A stretch of DNA of 41,468 bases. It comes from Verrucomicrobiales bacterium. GTDB lineage: Bacteria > Verrucomicrobiota > Verrucomicrobiia > Limisphaerales > UBA9464. Location of the stretch: the NCBI GenBank assembly GCA_040375265.1, contig JBEISV010000003.1, positions 1 to 41,468 on the forward strand, in the 5' to 3' direction. The notes beneath the pieces were generated by a model, which saw nothing but the letters and a program-made list of their open reading frames with translations, was not told the origin of the DNA and did not search any database. Shown here one piece after another: positions 8,577 through 17,596 of the stretch (its first letter is position 1; each line of letters starts with the position of its first letter). A program made the translations under genes and the position numbers.

Positions 8577-10069
8577 AAGACCGAATGCCCCGACACCTGA
8601 CCCATTTTCGATCCGCCGCCGGCCGGTGGCTGGGCGCCATTGTCATCGCCGGCTGTTTGCCGCAGGAAATGCCCGCGACCCCGCCGGCGGCGGTTGGGGA
8701 TAGCCCGCCGTTGGCCGCCGAACAGCCCGGTCGCCTGCTCGACGGGAAACAGCTGTATTCGTTCCGCGCGCAGGATGCCGAACTTAAGACGGCTTTGGGC
8801 CTTTTTGCGCGGGCAAACCGCCTCAATGTGGTTCCCGACCAAGACGTGGATGGCCGCCTGACGGTCGACATTCAGGGGTTGCCCCTCGCCGAGGCCATGT
8901 CGGCGCTGCTCCTGGCGAACGATTGCACCTGGCGCCAGCAAGGCGACCTGATCCTGGTTCAGGCGGCCGAGACCAAGCTGTTCCGGCTGAATTATCTCCG
9001 GCTCATTCGCAAGGGGACGGGGAACAGCTCGGCGACATTGGCCTCCAACGGCGGCTCGGGCGGGGCTGGCGGCGGCACCGGCAGTGGCGCCGGATCGGGT
9101 TCGGCCGGGGGCGGCGGCGGTCAGGGCGGTTCGGTCATCAACGTCCAGCAGGACAACTCCATCGATTTCTGGAAAGAGCTCCGCGAGGAGCTGTCCCACC
9201 TGCTGACCGAGCGGGGAAAACAGTCGCTCGCGATCAACATGACCGCCGGCATCATCCAGGTGACGGATCGCCCGACGGCATTGCGGCGGGTCGCCTCCTA
9301 CCTGGAGGGGATGGAACAGACCGTGCACCGCCAGGTCAGCATTGAGGCGAAGCTCTACGATGTCATCCTGAACGATCAGTTCCAGCTCGGGGTCGACTGG
9401 CAGCACGCCGTGCAGAGTTTTGGCGGCAAGCTGACCATGGCCGGAACCCCGAGTTTGCTGAGTGCCGGGGGCGCTTTCGACCTGAAGCCCAACGCCTTTT
9501 CCGCCGGTTTCCAGAATGACAATACCAAGATCCTCCTGCAGGCGCTCAAGGAGCAGGGGGAAGTGAGGGTGATCTCCAAGCCGACCATCCGCACCCTGAA
9601 CAACCAGACCGCGCTGATCAAGGTCGGCGCGGAAACGCCCTTCTTCACGCGCAACAGCGTATTCCTGCCGGGCAACACGGCCGGCGCCACCACCACGATC
9701 CAGGAGGATCAGGTGACCACCGTCACCGTGGGGACGGTGCTGGCCATTACTCCGCAGGTGGCGCCGGATGATTGGATCACCTTGGACATATCTCCGGTCC
9801 TGACCTCGCTGGTTGAGACCCGACTTTCCCCGTCGCGCACCACCACCGCTCCCGTTCTGGACATCAAGCAGGCGTCGACCCTCATCCGGGTCCGCAGCGG
9901 CGAAACCGCGGTGATGGGCGGGTTGATTCAGAACGAGAGCAGCCAAACCACCCGCAAGGTGCCGTTGCTGGGCGACATCCCGCTCTTGGGGAAACTTTTC
10001 CAAGGGAAGGTTGAGGGAAATCGCCGGCGGGAACTGATCATCTTCGTGACCCCGAAGTTGGTGGACTGA
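8573..10069 (+). CDS. Secretin, MshL/BfpB type (STN + Gly/Ser insert + secretin), probable lipoprotein
   Basis: ATGA overlap. IAGC lipobox. FRLNYL...Gly/Ser tract...DFWKEL. QVSIEAK. KVPLLGDIPLLGKLF...ELIIFVTP. Confidence 0.93.
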   Translation: MKDRMPRHLTHFRSAAGRWLGAIVIAGCLPQEMPATPPAAVGDSPPLAAEQPGRLLDGKQLYSFRAQDAELKTALGLFARANRLNVVPDQDVDGRLTVDIQGLPLAEAMSALLLANDCTWRQQGDLILVQAAETKLFRLNYLRLIRKGTGNSSATLASNGGSGGAGGGTGSGAGSGSAGGGGGQGGSVINVQQDNSIDFWKELREELSHLLTERGKQSLAINMTAGIIQVTDRPTALRRVASYLEGMEQTVHRQVSIEAKLYDVILNDQFQLGVDWQHAVQSFGGKLTMAGTPSLLSAGGAFDLKPNAFSAGFQNDNTKILLQALKEQGEVRVISKPTIRTLNNQTALIKVGAETPFFTRNSVFLPGNTAGATTTIQEDQVTTVTVGTVLAITPQVAPDDWITLDISPVLTSLVETRLSPSRTTTAPVLDIKQASTLIRVRSGETAVMGGLIQNESSQTTRKVPLLGDIPLLGKLFQGKVEGNRRRELIIFVTPKLVD

Positions 10070-10096
10070 CAATCCGGACTTATCATAAACCCTACC

Positions 10097-10909
10097 ATGA
10101 TACCCGCCCTTAACTTCGCGTGTCGCTTGGCCGCCATTTTCGGATTTATGTGCTGGCTTGGCCACGGAGGGGGAACCCCGCGCGCCATGGCGGAAGAGTT
10201 CGACCGGACACACGCCGCGTATGGCCGGGTGCTTAAGGCGCATGTTTCACATGGGCTCGTGGACTACTCCTCCCTCAAAAGCCATCCCGAGCAACTCAAT
10301 GACTATCTGACGGGCTTGGCCGCGGTGACCAAGGCGGAGTTCCTGGGCTGGGAGCGGGATGATCAAATCGCGTTCCTTTGCAATGCCTACAATGCCTACA
10401 CGCTCAGGCTGATCGTCGAAAATTACCCGGTCCAGTCCATCAAGGATATTGGCGGATTCCTGCGCGGACCGTGGGATCGCCCGATCGCAAAGGTCTTCGG
10501 GACGGTGCACACGCTGAACGACCTCGAGCACCGGATGCTGAGGCGCGACTACGCGGAACCGCGCATCCATTTCGCGTTGGTCTGCGCTGCCAAGGGGTGT
10601 CCGCCGCTCCGTGAGGAACCCTATTATGGCGGGCGTCTGGCCGAGCAATTGGCAGCCCAGGCCCGGGCGTTCCTCGCGGATCCGGCCAAGAACCGGATCG
10701 ATCCCGCGGGCCGGACGGTCCAGCTCTCGCCAATCTTCAAATGGTATGACAGCGATTTCCAGCATGGAGGGGTCTCAGTCCTCGTCATGCTCAAACCCTA
10801 TTGGCCGGCCGAAGCGAAAGTCGGCGAGATCGACGAGTTCAAAATCCGCTATACGGACTACGACTGGAACCTGAACGACGCACCGATACCGCGGCTGCAG
10901 GTGCATTGA
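10097..10909 (+). CDS. DUF547 domain secreted protein
   Basis: GLVDY, AFLCNAYNAYT, LNDLEH, EPRIHFALVCAAKGCPPL, LSPIFKWY, YDWNLN. Signal-peptide-like N-terminus. Confidence 0.9.
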   Translation: MIPALNFACRLAAIFGFMCWLGHGGGTPRAMAEEFDRTHAAYGRVLKAHVSHGLVDYSSLKSHPEQLNDYLTGLAAVTKAEFLGWERDDQIAFLCNAYNAYTLRLIVENYPVQSIKDIGGFLRGPWDRPIAKVFGTVHTLNDLEHRMLRRDYAEPRIHFALVCAAKGCPPLREEPYYGGRLAEQLAAQARAFLADPAKNRIDPAGRTVQLSPIFKWYDSDFQHGGVSVLVMLKPYWPAEAKVGEIDEFKIRYTDYDWNLNDAPIPRLQVH

Positions 10910-11234
10910 AACGAAATGCCCGGGTCCGCCGCCCATGATCGCCCAAAGCGACGCCGGCACGCGCGCCGCGCCGGGGGGCAACCGTTGGCAGACGCAGGCG
11001 CAGAGAAGGTGGGTAACCACCGTTGGTTAACATGCTGTTGATAAGCGATGTAATATGTCAAAAGGCGGTCAGATTGTGGTCGTTGGGCTGTGTTTTCGGT
11101 TTATTGTCCGAAGCGGGTTGTCCAGCATGGCCGGCAGTGTATCCCGCGATGAAAGATGGCATGATCAGTGTCAATGAAGGCGGCGCAGTGATGCCTGCGT
11201 GAGGCCTGTCCACCAATCCGGACTTTCTCAGAAT

Positions 11235-11903
11235 ATGGAAAACAACGAAATCAGAGTGGCCGTGGTGGAAGACGACCCGCTGCTCGCCGAGGTGGTCTCG
11301 GAACACCTGGGCTCGGCTGCGGGCTTCGGCCCGGTCTCCGTGTTTCATTCGGCGGCCTCGGCCGTCAGGGAGATTCCGCGGCACCCGATGGCGCATGTCG
11401 CCTTGGTCGACCTCCGGCTGAACGGCATGTCCGGACTGGAATGCATCCGCCGGCTCAGGGAGATTGGTGTGGCCACCAAGTTGGTCGCCTTCACCTCGTC
11501 GGACAATCCGGAGACGATCGTCGAGGTGCTCCGAGCCGGTGCCGACGGCTACCTGCTCAAGAACCGCCCGGTCAGCGAATTGGTCCACAACATCATCCGG
11601 ATGTGCTCGGGGAAACCCGTGCTCTCCGAGGAGATCCTGCCCACCATCCTCAATTCATTCCGCAGCGTCCCGGCGCGGAAACTGTCCCGGCTGACGCCGG
11701 CTGAGCAGAATGTCCTGGCGTTGACTGCCGAGGGGTTGGATTGCAAGGCCATCGGGAGGCGGCTCGGGATAAGCGTCAATACCGTCTACGTCCACAACAA
11801 GCGCATATTGCGCAAGGTCGGGGTGGGGAATCGGAATGCGGCGGCGGCGCTCCTCCGCCGGGAGTCGGGTGGTGCTCCGGTGGATTTGGACTCCGCCAAT
11901 TAG
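11235..11903 (+). CDS. NarL/LuxR-family response regulator (copy 1)
   Basis: REC (VEDD, VDLRL, FTS, LLK) plus LuxR HTH LTPAEQNVLALTAEGLDCKAIGRRLGISVNTVYVH. Confidence 0.93.
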   Translation: MENNEIRVAVVEDDPLLAEVVSEHLGSAAGFGPVSVFHSAASAVREIPRHPMAHVALVDLRLNGMSGLECIRRLREIGVATKLVAFTSSDNPETIVEVLRAGADGYLLKNRPVSELVHNIIRMCSGKPVLSEEILPTILNSFRSVPARKLSRLTPAEQNVLALTAEGLDCKAIGRRLGISVNTVYVHNKRILRKVGVGNRNAAAALLRRESGGAPVDLDSAN

Positions 11904-12188
11904 TCTGTGGTGGCGGCCAGGGAACGGACTCAAGGCAGATTGCACGCCATGGAGATTCGTTCGTTTCTGTCGTTTGGGTTGCATCGCCACATTTCAAATT
12001 CATGGCCCCTGTTCCGGGGGCGCCCGGCGTAACGTCTATTCCGCTGCGGAGGCGTGTCACCCGCAGTCGATGTCGCCTAACTTGTCGCGGCCTCGTTAGG
12101 CCTTTTGCGTTACGCCCGGCAGACTCGATCCGGCAGTGGTGGATGCCGACCAGGACCGCGAGCGGCGCGAGCTTGCTCGGCGAGGGAG

Positions 12189-12581
12189 TCAGGCCGGCGT
12201 GTCAGTTGTGCCATCCGAGTGGGCAATGAGCTTACGGAGTTGCCCGAAGCCAAGCCGTGCGACCGCCTCGCTGAGACTGTGGACGGGCACGCCGCGGTTG
12301 AAGGTGACGCTGTTGGCGAGGCGCAGGACCTGGTTGGCTAGGGTCGTGTCCGGGGCTACCAGCCCGGTTACCAAGTCCAACTCCAAGTCCTCCTGCCGCA
12401 GCAGGAGGGCCAGCGCCGCGGGGGCTGTGGGCGACCCGGTTATTGGGGAAGCAGCTGGCGGGCGTGCGGGGCGGGCCAGCAGCGGCTCGGGGTTGCCGAC
12501 GGATGTGGCGTCCACCATCAGGCTGGCGGCCGGCATCCGCGGCCATTCGTGGCAAGCGGGGGCGGTTGGGCGGCTGTTCAT
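12189..12581 (-). CDS. Truncated HDOD-domain protein (N-terminal half only)
   Basis: PTAP..LLLRQED...DTTLANQVLRLANSVTFNRGVPVHSLSEAVARLGFGQLRKL matches the HDOD N-terminus. Ends before the HD motif. Start uncertain (12581 ATG or 12680). Confidence 0.7.
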   Translation of the reverse strand: MNSRPTAPACHEWPRMPAASLMVDATSVGNPEPLLARPARPPAASPITGSPTAPAALALLLRQEDLELDLVTGLVAPDTTLANQVLRLANSVTFNRGVPVHSLSEAVARLGFGQLRKLIAHSDGTTDTPA

Positions 12582-12794
12582 GGTGCAGGCAGAAGATCCG
12601 GCTACATCTTCCGCCTCAGGCTTGGCGGTGCGCAGGAACAACGAAGGGTAGCCTTCAGGTCGACGCGTGGGTGTCGGCACGGCATGCGCGCCGGTTTTCC
12701 GCGGGAATTGACCGTCCGCCCCGTCAGATTGACCCGAGCGTTACCCAACATTCGCCGTTGGGAGTGACCACGGATCGGCGGCTAATAAGGGCCG

Positions 12795-13607
12795 ATGACC
12801 GACCAATGTTTCGGGTGGTCGCGCCGACCGGCGGTGGCGCCACCTCAACCAGAGCCGGAGGTAGTGCAGGTGCGCGAGATTCGCCGGGGCGACCGCTTCG
12901 CCGAGGTGATTCCGGGGCAGGTTCGGACCTATCTGGCGCTGGAAGACGCGCGCCGGTGCAATTCTTCAACCCATATTGCGGGGCATGGATTCACTGCCTT
13001 GGGCAACCGGGGACCGGAAAACTTCTTTTGCGCGGACGACGGGATTGGCGAAGGGCCGTTGCTTTACCGGCTCGCCCCGGAGGGGGCAGGGGAGGATGAC
13101 CTGCTAGAACGGCTGAATGGCCGGCCACGGCGCCCGGTCACGGCGGTTGCCGCGCCCAGCCCGGCCGCCTGCTGCCAGCGCGAGGCGTTGCCAGCGGGTG
13201 CCGACTCGCCGTCGATCCTGATCATCGCCCAGAACTCCGTGTGGTTGGCCGGCCTGAAGTCGGTTTGCCAGAGCTTGGGCTCCGTGACTGGCTGGACCGC
13301 GCGCGATTGGCCGTCCCGCATTGCGGCCCGCGGACCGGCGCCGCAACTGGTGATCCACCATCGCGGGGATGCACCGGCGGCTGAATCCGACGCTCACGCC
13401 CGGATCGGTCAGCGATTGCGGCGGCGGTGGCCTGGCCTGAAGTGGGTGACCATCACCGATGATTGTGATGTCCTCGGAGGGGAAGCGGACATCTGCCTGC
13501 CGCAGGATTGCTCCGGCGAGCGTCTGCGGGATACTGTGCAGGCCTTGCTGAACATCCTGCCCGACCCCACCGCCTCTGCCTTCCGGACTGCCGGTCCGAG
13601 TTGCTAG
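12795..13607 (+). CDS. Hypothetical protein with C-terminal degenerate receiver-like domain
   Basis: C-terminal ~115 aa follow REC topology (SILIIAQN, PQLVIHH, WPGLKWVTIT, ADICLPQ, LRDTVQALL) without the acidic pocket or conserved Lys. Confidence 0.55.
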   Translation: MTDQCFGWSRRPAVAPPQPEPEVVQVREIRRGDRFAEVIPGQVRTYLALEDARRCNSSTHIAGHGFTALGNRGPENFFCADDGIGEGPLLYRLAPEGAGEDDLLERLNGRPRRPVTAVAAPSPAACCQREALPAGADSPSILIIAQNSVWLAGLKSVCQSLGSVTGWTARDWPSRIAARGPAPQLVIHHRGDAPAAESDAHARIGQRLRRRWPGLKWVTITDDCDVLGGEADICLPQDCSGERLRDTVQALLNILPDPTASAFRTAGPSC

Positions 13608-14254
13608 GCTGCGGTGTTCGCCTCGGTTCGCTGATTCCGCAGGACCGCGGCGGCGGCGTTGCGATCGCCCACACCAATCTTGCGGATGATCCGCTTGTTG
13701 TGGACGTAGACCGTATTGACGCTGATATCGAGGCGCCGGGCGATGGTCTTGCAGTCCAAGCCCTCGGCGGTCAGGGCCAGAATGTTCTGCTCCGCGGGCG
13801 TGAGCAGTTCCAGCCGCGGCGCCGGGTGGGACCGGAAACTTCCGAGGATTCCGCCCAAGAGCTCCTCCGAAACGACGGCCACGCCGGCACAGGTTTTCAT
13901 GATCTGGCTGACCAATTGTGCCATGGGCTGATTCTTGAGCAGGTAACCGTCCGCGCCCGCCCGAAGCACCTCGATGACCAATTCGGGGCTGTCGGAGGAC
14001 GTGAAGGCCAGCAATTTGGTCGTGACGCCTCGTTCCCGCAGGCGCCGGATGCACTCCAAGCCGGACATCCCGCCCAACCGGAGGTCGATCAGGGCGACGT
14101 GGGGGGCCAGTTGCGGAATCTCGCGCAGCGCCGTGACGGCGGCGTGGAAGACGGTGACCGGGCTGAAACCCGGGGCATGGGACAGGTGGTCGGAAACGAT
14201 CTCCGCCAAGCGGGGATCATCTTCGACGAGGACGACTCGGAGTTCGTTATTCAT
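13604..14254 (-). CDS. NarL/LuxR-family response regulator (copy 2)
   Basis: MNNELRVVLVEDDP, IDLRL, FTS, LLK, LuxR HTH. Close paralog of 11235..11903. Confidence 0.93.
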   Translation of the reverse strand: MNNELRVVLVEDDPRLAEIVSDHLSHAPGFSPVTVFHAAVTALREIPQLAPHVALIDLRLGGMSGLECIRRLRERGVTTKLLAFTSSDSPELVIEVLRAGADGYLLKNQPMAQLVSQIMKTCAGVAVVSEELLGGILGSFRSHPAPRLELLTPAEQNILALTAEGLDCKTIARRLDISVNTVYVHNKRIIRKIGVGDRNAAAAVLRNQRTEANTAA

Positions 14255-14560
14255 CGGTTTGCGGCGGCCGGCGCCGGGAAGCGGTGTTGCCATACCCAAA
14301 CTAGTATCCATGAATCACGATCTGCCAACTACATAGATGGGTATAACCGCGTTGGCCGAAGGACCTTGAAATAGCGCGAGGATTCCAATCCGACTGATGA
14401 AGCCGCCGATTTTTGGCCTGGATCCACTTGCGGCGGCAGAGGCGGCTGCGTTCGGGCGTGGGTCGCCGTAACCAAGATTAGTTCATGCCGGGGCTGGCCG
14501 TTCGTTCTAGGGTAACTGCCTGACAATCGTTATTTGCCCGAAAGATTGGCGGGCTGAAGC

Positions 14561-15538
14561 ATGAATTCGCTCCCTTGTCCCCCGCCAAACATCCTCGTAG
14601 CCGAGGATGATCCCAAGCTCCGCGAGCTACTGGTGGAGAGTTTGGCGGACTTCGGCTTTGAGGTGAGTGCGGCGCCCAGCGGCCGGAAGGCGCTGGACCG
14701 AATCCGGGAGCGGAAACCGGACCTGCTGCTGTGCGACGTGATGATGCCGGACGGCGACGGCCATGACGTGCTCCGGGTCATCCGCGGCGACCGGGGGCTC
14801 GCGGATTTGCCCGTCATTTTTCTCTCTGCCCTGGCCCGCGTCAGCGACGTGCGCGCGGGCATGAACCTCGGGGCCGACGACTACCTGAGCAAGCCGGTCG
14901 CCTTGGTCGAACTGCGCCGGGCGGTGGACGCCCGCTTGGCTCGGGTGCAACTGATGCGGGGCAATTGCTCGGACCCGGTCGGCCCGGCCCGCAGCCTGGG
15001 AGCGGAACCCGCCCGGTTTCCCTGGCCCTGGCCCGACCTGCCAGGGGCGCCTGCCGGTTTGGGGCTGCTGGCGGCAGATGAGGGGGCGCCGCGAGTTGAT
15101 ACGGTCCGCGCGGGCGAACTCGCCCAGGCCCTGTGCCAGTCCCAAAAACGAGCCGCGGACTTGTTGCTGGTGGTCCGGCCTGGCTGGGTGCAATGCCCGC
15201 CGGGCGCTTTTGACGGGACGGTAGGGACGCTGTTGAACTATGTCCTGCTTCACTCCCGACCTGGGGATGCGATTTGGCTGGTCGGTGGCTGGGAGGGGGA
15301 GCGTTACCAATTGACGCTGTGGAGCCGGGAAGGCGGCCGGAATTTGCCTGGGGCCGCCACGGTTGCCGCCGCGGCTCTCTCCGTCCAGGCGGGGCTGACG
15401 CGCCCGCTGGACGATTTGGGTCTGCGTCGAGTCGCAGCCATGCTGCGGCAATATGGTGGAGAGCTGCAGCTGCAGGACTGCGGCGCTGACGGTGTGCGGT
15501 TGCACGCACACTTCACACCCGTCCCGCCCGTCCCATGA
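14561..15538 (+). CDS. Receiver domain fused to degenerate HATPase (no H-box)
   Basis: Intact REC (AEDD, CDVMMPDGDG, FLSA, KP). C-terminus with HATPase-like remnants (LLNYVLLHS, LGLRRV..QYGG). Confidence 0.8.
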   Translation: MNSLPCPPPNILVAEDDPKLRELLVESLADFGFEVSAAPSGRKALDRIRERKPDLLLCDVMMPDGDGHDVLRVIRGDRGLADLPVIFLSALARVSDVRAGMNLGADDYLSKPVALVELRRAVDARLARVQLMRGNCSDPVGPARSLGAEPARFPWPWPDLPGAPAGLGLLAADEGAPRVDTVRAGELAQALCQSQKRAADLLLVVRPGWVQCPPGAFDGTVGTLLNYVLLHSRPGDAIWLVGGWEGERYQLTLWSREGGRNLPGAATVAAAALSVQAGLTRPLDDLGLRRVAAMLRQYGGELQLQDCGADGVRLHAHFTPVPPVP

Positions 15539-17538
15539 ACGATACTGGAAATACGCCGGTCCCGAACGAGTTGCAGGGCGATGCCAACCCTGCCTGGGAA
15601 GCTGCTTTCCCGTTTTTTCTTCGTTGGGATGCCTCCGGAGTCATCACTTCGGCCGGGGGGGGGTGGAGCGCGCGGGCCGCGGAGTTCGTAGGCCGGCCCT
15701 GGACCCGGTTCTTTCGCCCTCGGTGCATTCCGGCGGGAGATGTTCCCGTTACAACCAAGGATGGGGATGCCGAAATTCTCACTTTGGATGCCCTCGCGGC
15801 GGACCCCTGCCTCCATGGCCCCCGGGTCCGGCAGGCAGGGGGAGGGATTCTCTATCTGGCCACGCCTTTGCCCTCGGCACCGCCGGCGGGCCGACGGCGC
15901 CCGACCGCGCTCATCGATCTGCCAGTGCGCCCGGCCTCGGGCCTCGGAACCCGGTTCGCGGAGGCGGTCTGGCACTGTTTGGCGGCCGCGGGCGGAGCGT
16001 CAGAACTGCTGGCGGCATTGCCGGCCAGCTTAGGCCATGAATCGGGCGCCTCGCTGGTGCAGTCTTTCCAGCTGGGGGCAGATGGCCGCCCGGACGTTCC
16101 GCCGGTCGATTGGAGTGCCCCTGGTTTGACGGCGGCCAAGTTGGCCGATCTGCGCGCCCAATTGGAGGTCCGCCGGAAAGCCCGGCTGGCCACCGGGGCT
16201 TATTCGCTGGCAGGCGACAAACCGGGCAACGAAGCCCAGTTGATCGTGCTGAATTTCACCCTGAGCCCGGAACGAACGGGACTCCTCCTCGTCGCCTTGC
16301 CGTCAGGCAGCACCCTGCCGGCGGAGGCAGAGACAACGATCCAGTTGCTCGCGCAGCTGTTGAGTCAGTTCCTGCGGCGTAACCACGCGGAGCGCGCCTG
16401 GGCGGATGAGCGGAACCTGACCCAGAACGTGCTCGAGCTGATGGGCCAGGGGCTAACCGTCAGCGACGCGGACGGCATCTGGATCTATGTCAATTCGGCC
16501 TACGCCCGGCTGGCCCAACGCAGCGTGGATGAATTGGTCGGCAGTCGGCCCGACCATCTCGCGGCGCCGGAAGATAAATCGACCTTGGTCGAAGCGCGGC
16601 GGTTGCGCGGACTTGGCCAGGCGAACAGCTATGAGATGAACATTGTCCGGCCCGACGGGAGTCGCGTGCCGGTGATGGTTTCGGGCGTCCCGCGGCTGGT
16701 GGGCGGGAAACTGGCCGGCGCCGTCGCAGTGACGACCGATCTGACAGTTTTCAAGGAGACCGAGCGCCGGATGCAGGCGGCCTTGGCCCGGGAGCAGGAG
16801 CTGAACCGTGAGAAAAATACCTTCATGCGCATGGCCACCCACGAGTATCGGACCCCGATCGCCACGATCAACTACGCGGCGGAGCTGCTGGCGGCGCGGC
16901 TGGCCGAACTGGCCCCTCAGGGCGACTCCAAGCGGTTTGCCCGGGTGCTGCGGCACGCGCAACTCATCATGGAAAGTGCCCTCCAGATGAACCGCCTGCT
17001 GGACAACCTGATGCTGCTGTGGCGGCTGCAGACCCGGGAAGTTCAGGTTTTGCCCAAGCGGGTCGGCGTTGGCGGATTGGTCGGGGACCTCTTACGGTCA
17101 GCGGGCCAGGCGGGCCAGCTGGAACGCCTCCGGTTGGTGGTTGAACCCACCACCCCGGAAACGTTTCCCTTGGATGCCCAAATGCTCCGTTTGGTCGTGC
17201 TCAATCTGGTCGACAACGCGCTCAAGTATTCGCCGCCGGACCAACCGGTCACCGTGCGGCTGTCGCAGCCTGAGGCTGGCCCGTTGCACTTGGCGGTGGA
17301 AGATCGGGGCCGGGGGATACCGCCCGGGGAGGAAGCCCGCATCTTCAGCCCGTTCTTCCGGGGGACCAACGTGGAAGAGCAATCCGGCACGGGCATCGGC
17401 CTGACGATCGCCCAGCGGTGTGCCCGCCTGCATGGCGGGGATGTGTGCTACCGGTCCGGACCGGACGGCGGCAGCGTATTTCTCCTGACCGTGCCGGAAG
17501 TCGTGCCCACGGCGTGTGAGCTGGGCACTTGCATTTGA
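15535..17538 (+). CDS. Sensor histidine kinase (HNOBA-like, GAF-like, PAS, HisKA, HATPase)
   Basis: ATGA overlap. PAS (YVNSAYARL...RPDGSRVPV). H-box ATHEYRTP, N-box NLVDNALKYS, DRGRGI, GTGIGL. Confidence 0.93.
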   Translation: MNDTGNTPVPNELQGDANPAWEAAFPFFLRWDASGVITSAGGGWSARAAEFVGRPWTRFFRPRCIPAGDVPVTTKDGDAEILTLDALAADPCLHGPRVRQAGGGILYLATPLPSAPPAGRRRPTALIDLPVRPASGLGTRFAEAVWHCLAAAGGASELLAALPASLGHESGASLVQSFQLGADGRPDVPPVDWSAPGLTAAKLADLRAQLEVRRKARLATGAYSLAGDKPGNEAQLIVLNFTLSPERTGLLLVALPSGSTLPAEAETTIQLLAQLLSQFLRRNHAERAWADERNLTQNVLELMGQGLTVSDADGIWIYVNSAYARLAQRSVDELVGSRPDHLAAPEDKSTLVEARRLRGLGQANSYEMNIVRPDGSRVPVMVSGVPRLVGGKLAGAVAVTTDLTVFKETERRMQAALAREQELNREKNTFMRMATHEYRTPIATINYAAELLAARLAELAPQGDSKRFARVLRHAQLIMESALQMNRLLDNLMLLWRLQTREVQVLPKRVGVGGLVGDLLRSAGQAGQLERLRLVVEPTTPETFPLDAQMLRLVVLNLVDNALKYSPPDQPVTVRLSQPEAGPLHLAVEDRGRGIPPGEEARIFSPFFRGTNVEEQSGTGIGLTIAQRCARLHGGDVCYRSGPDGGSVFLLTVPEVVPTACELGTCI

Positions 17539-17596
17539 GGCTGGGTAACCCTGCGGCGGGTGTCTGAACGCTAGACTCGCCCCGGCGGGCCGCCGG

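Noticed and set aside
701-10243. Long minus-strand ORFs (701..2449, 1732..3264, 6440..8185, 8243..10243)
   Set aside because: Antisense shadows of well-supported high-GC pilus genes, with no motifs.
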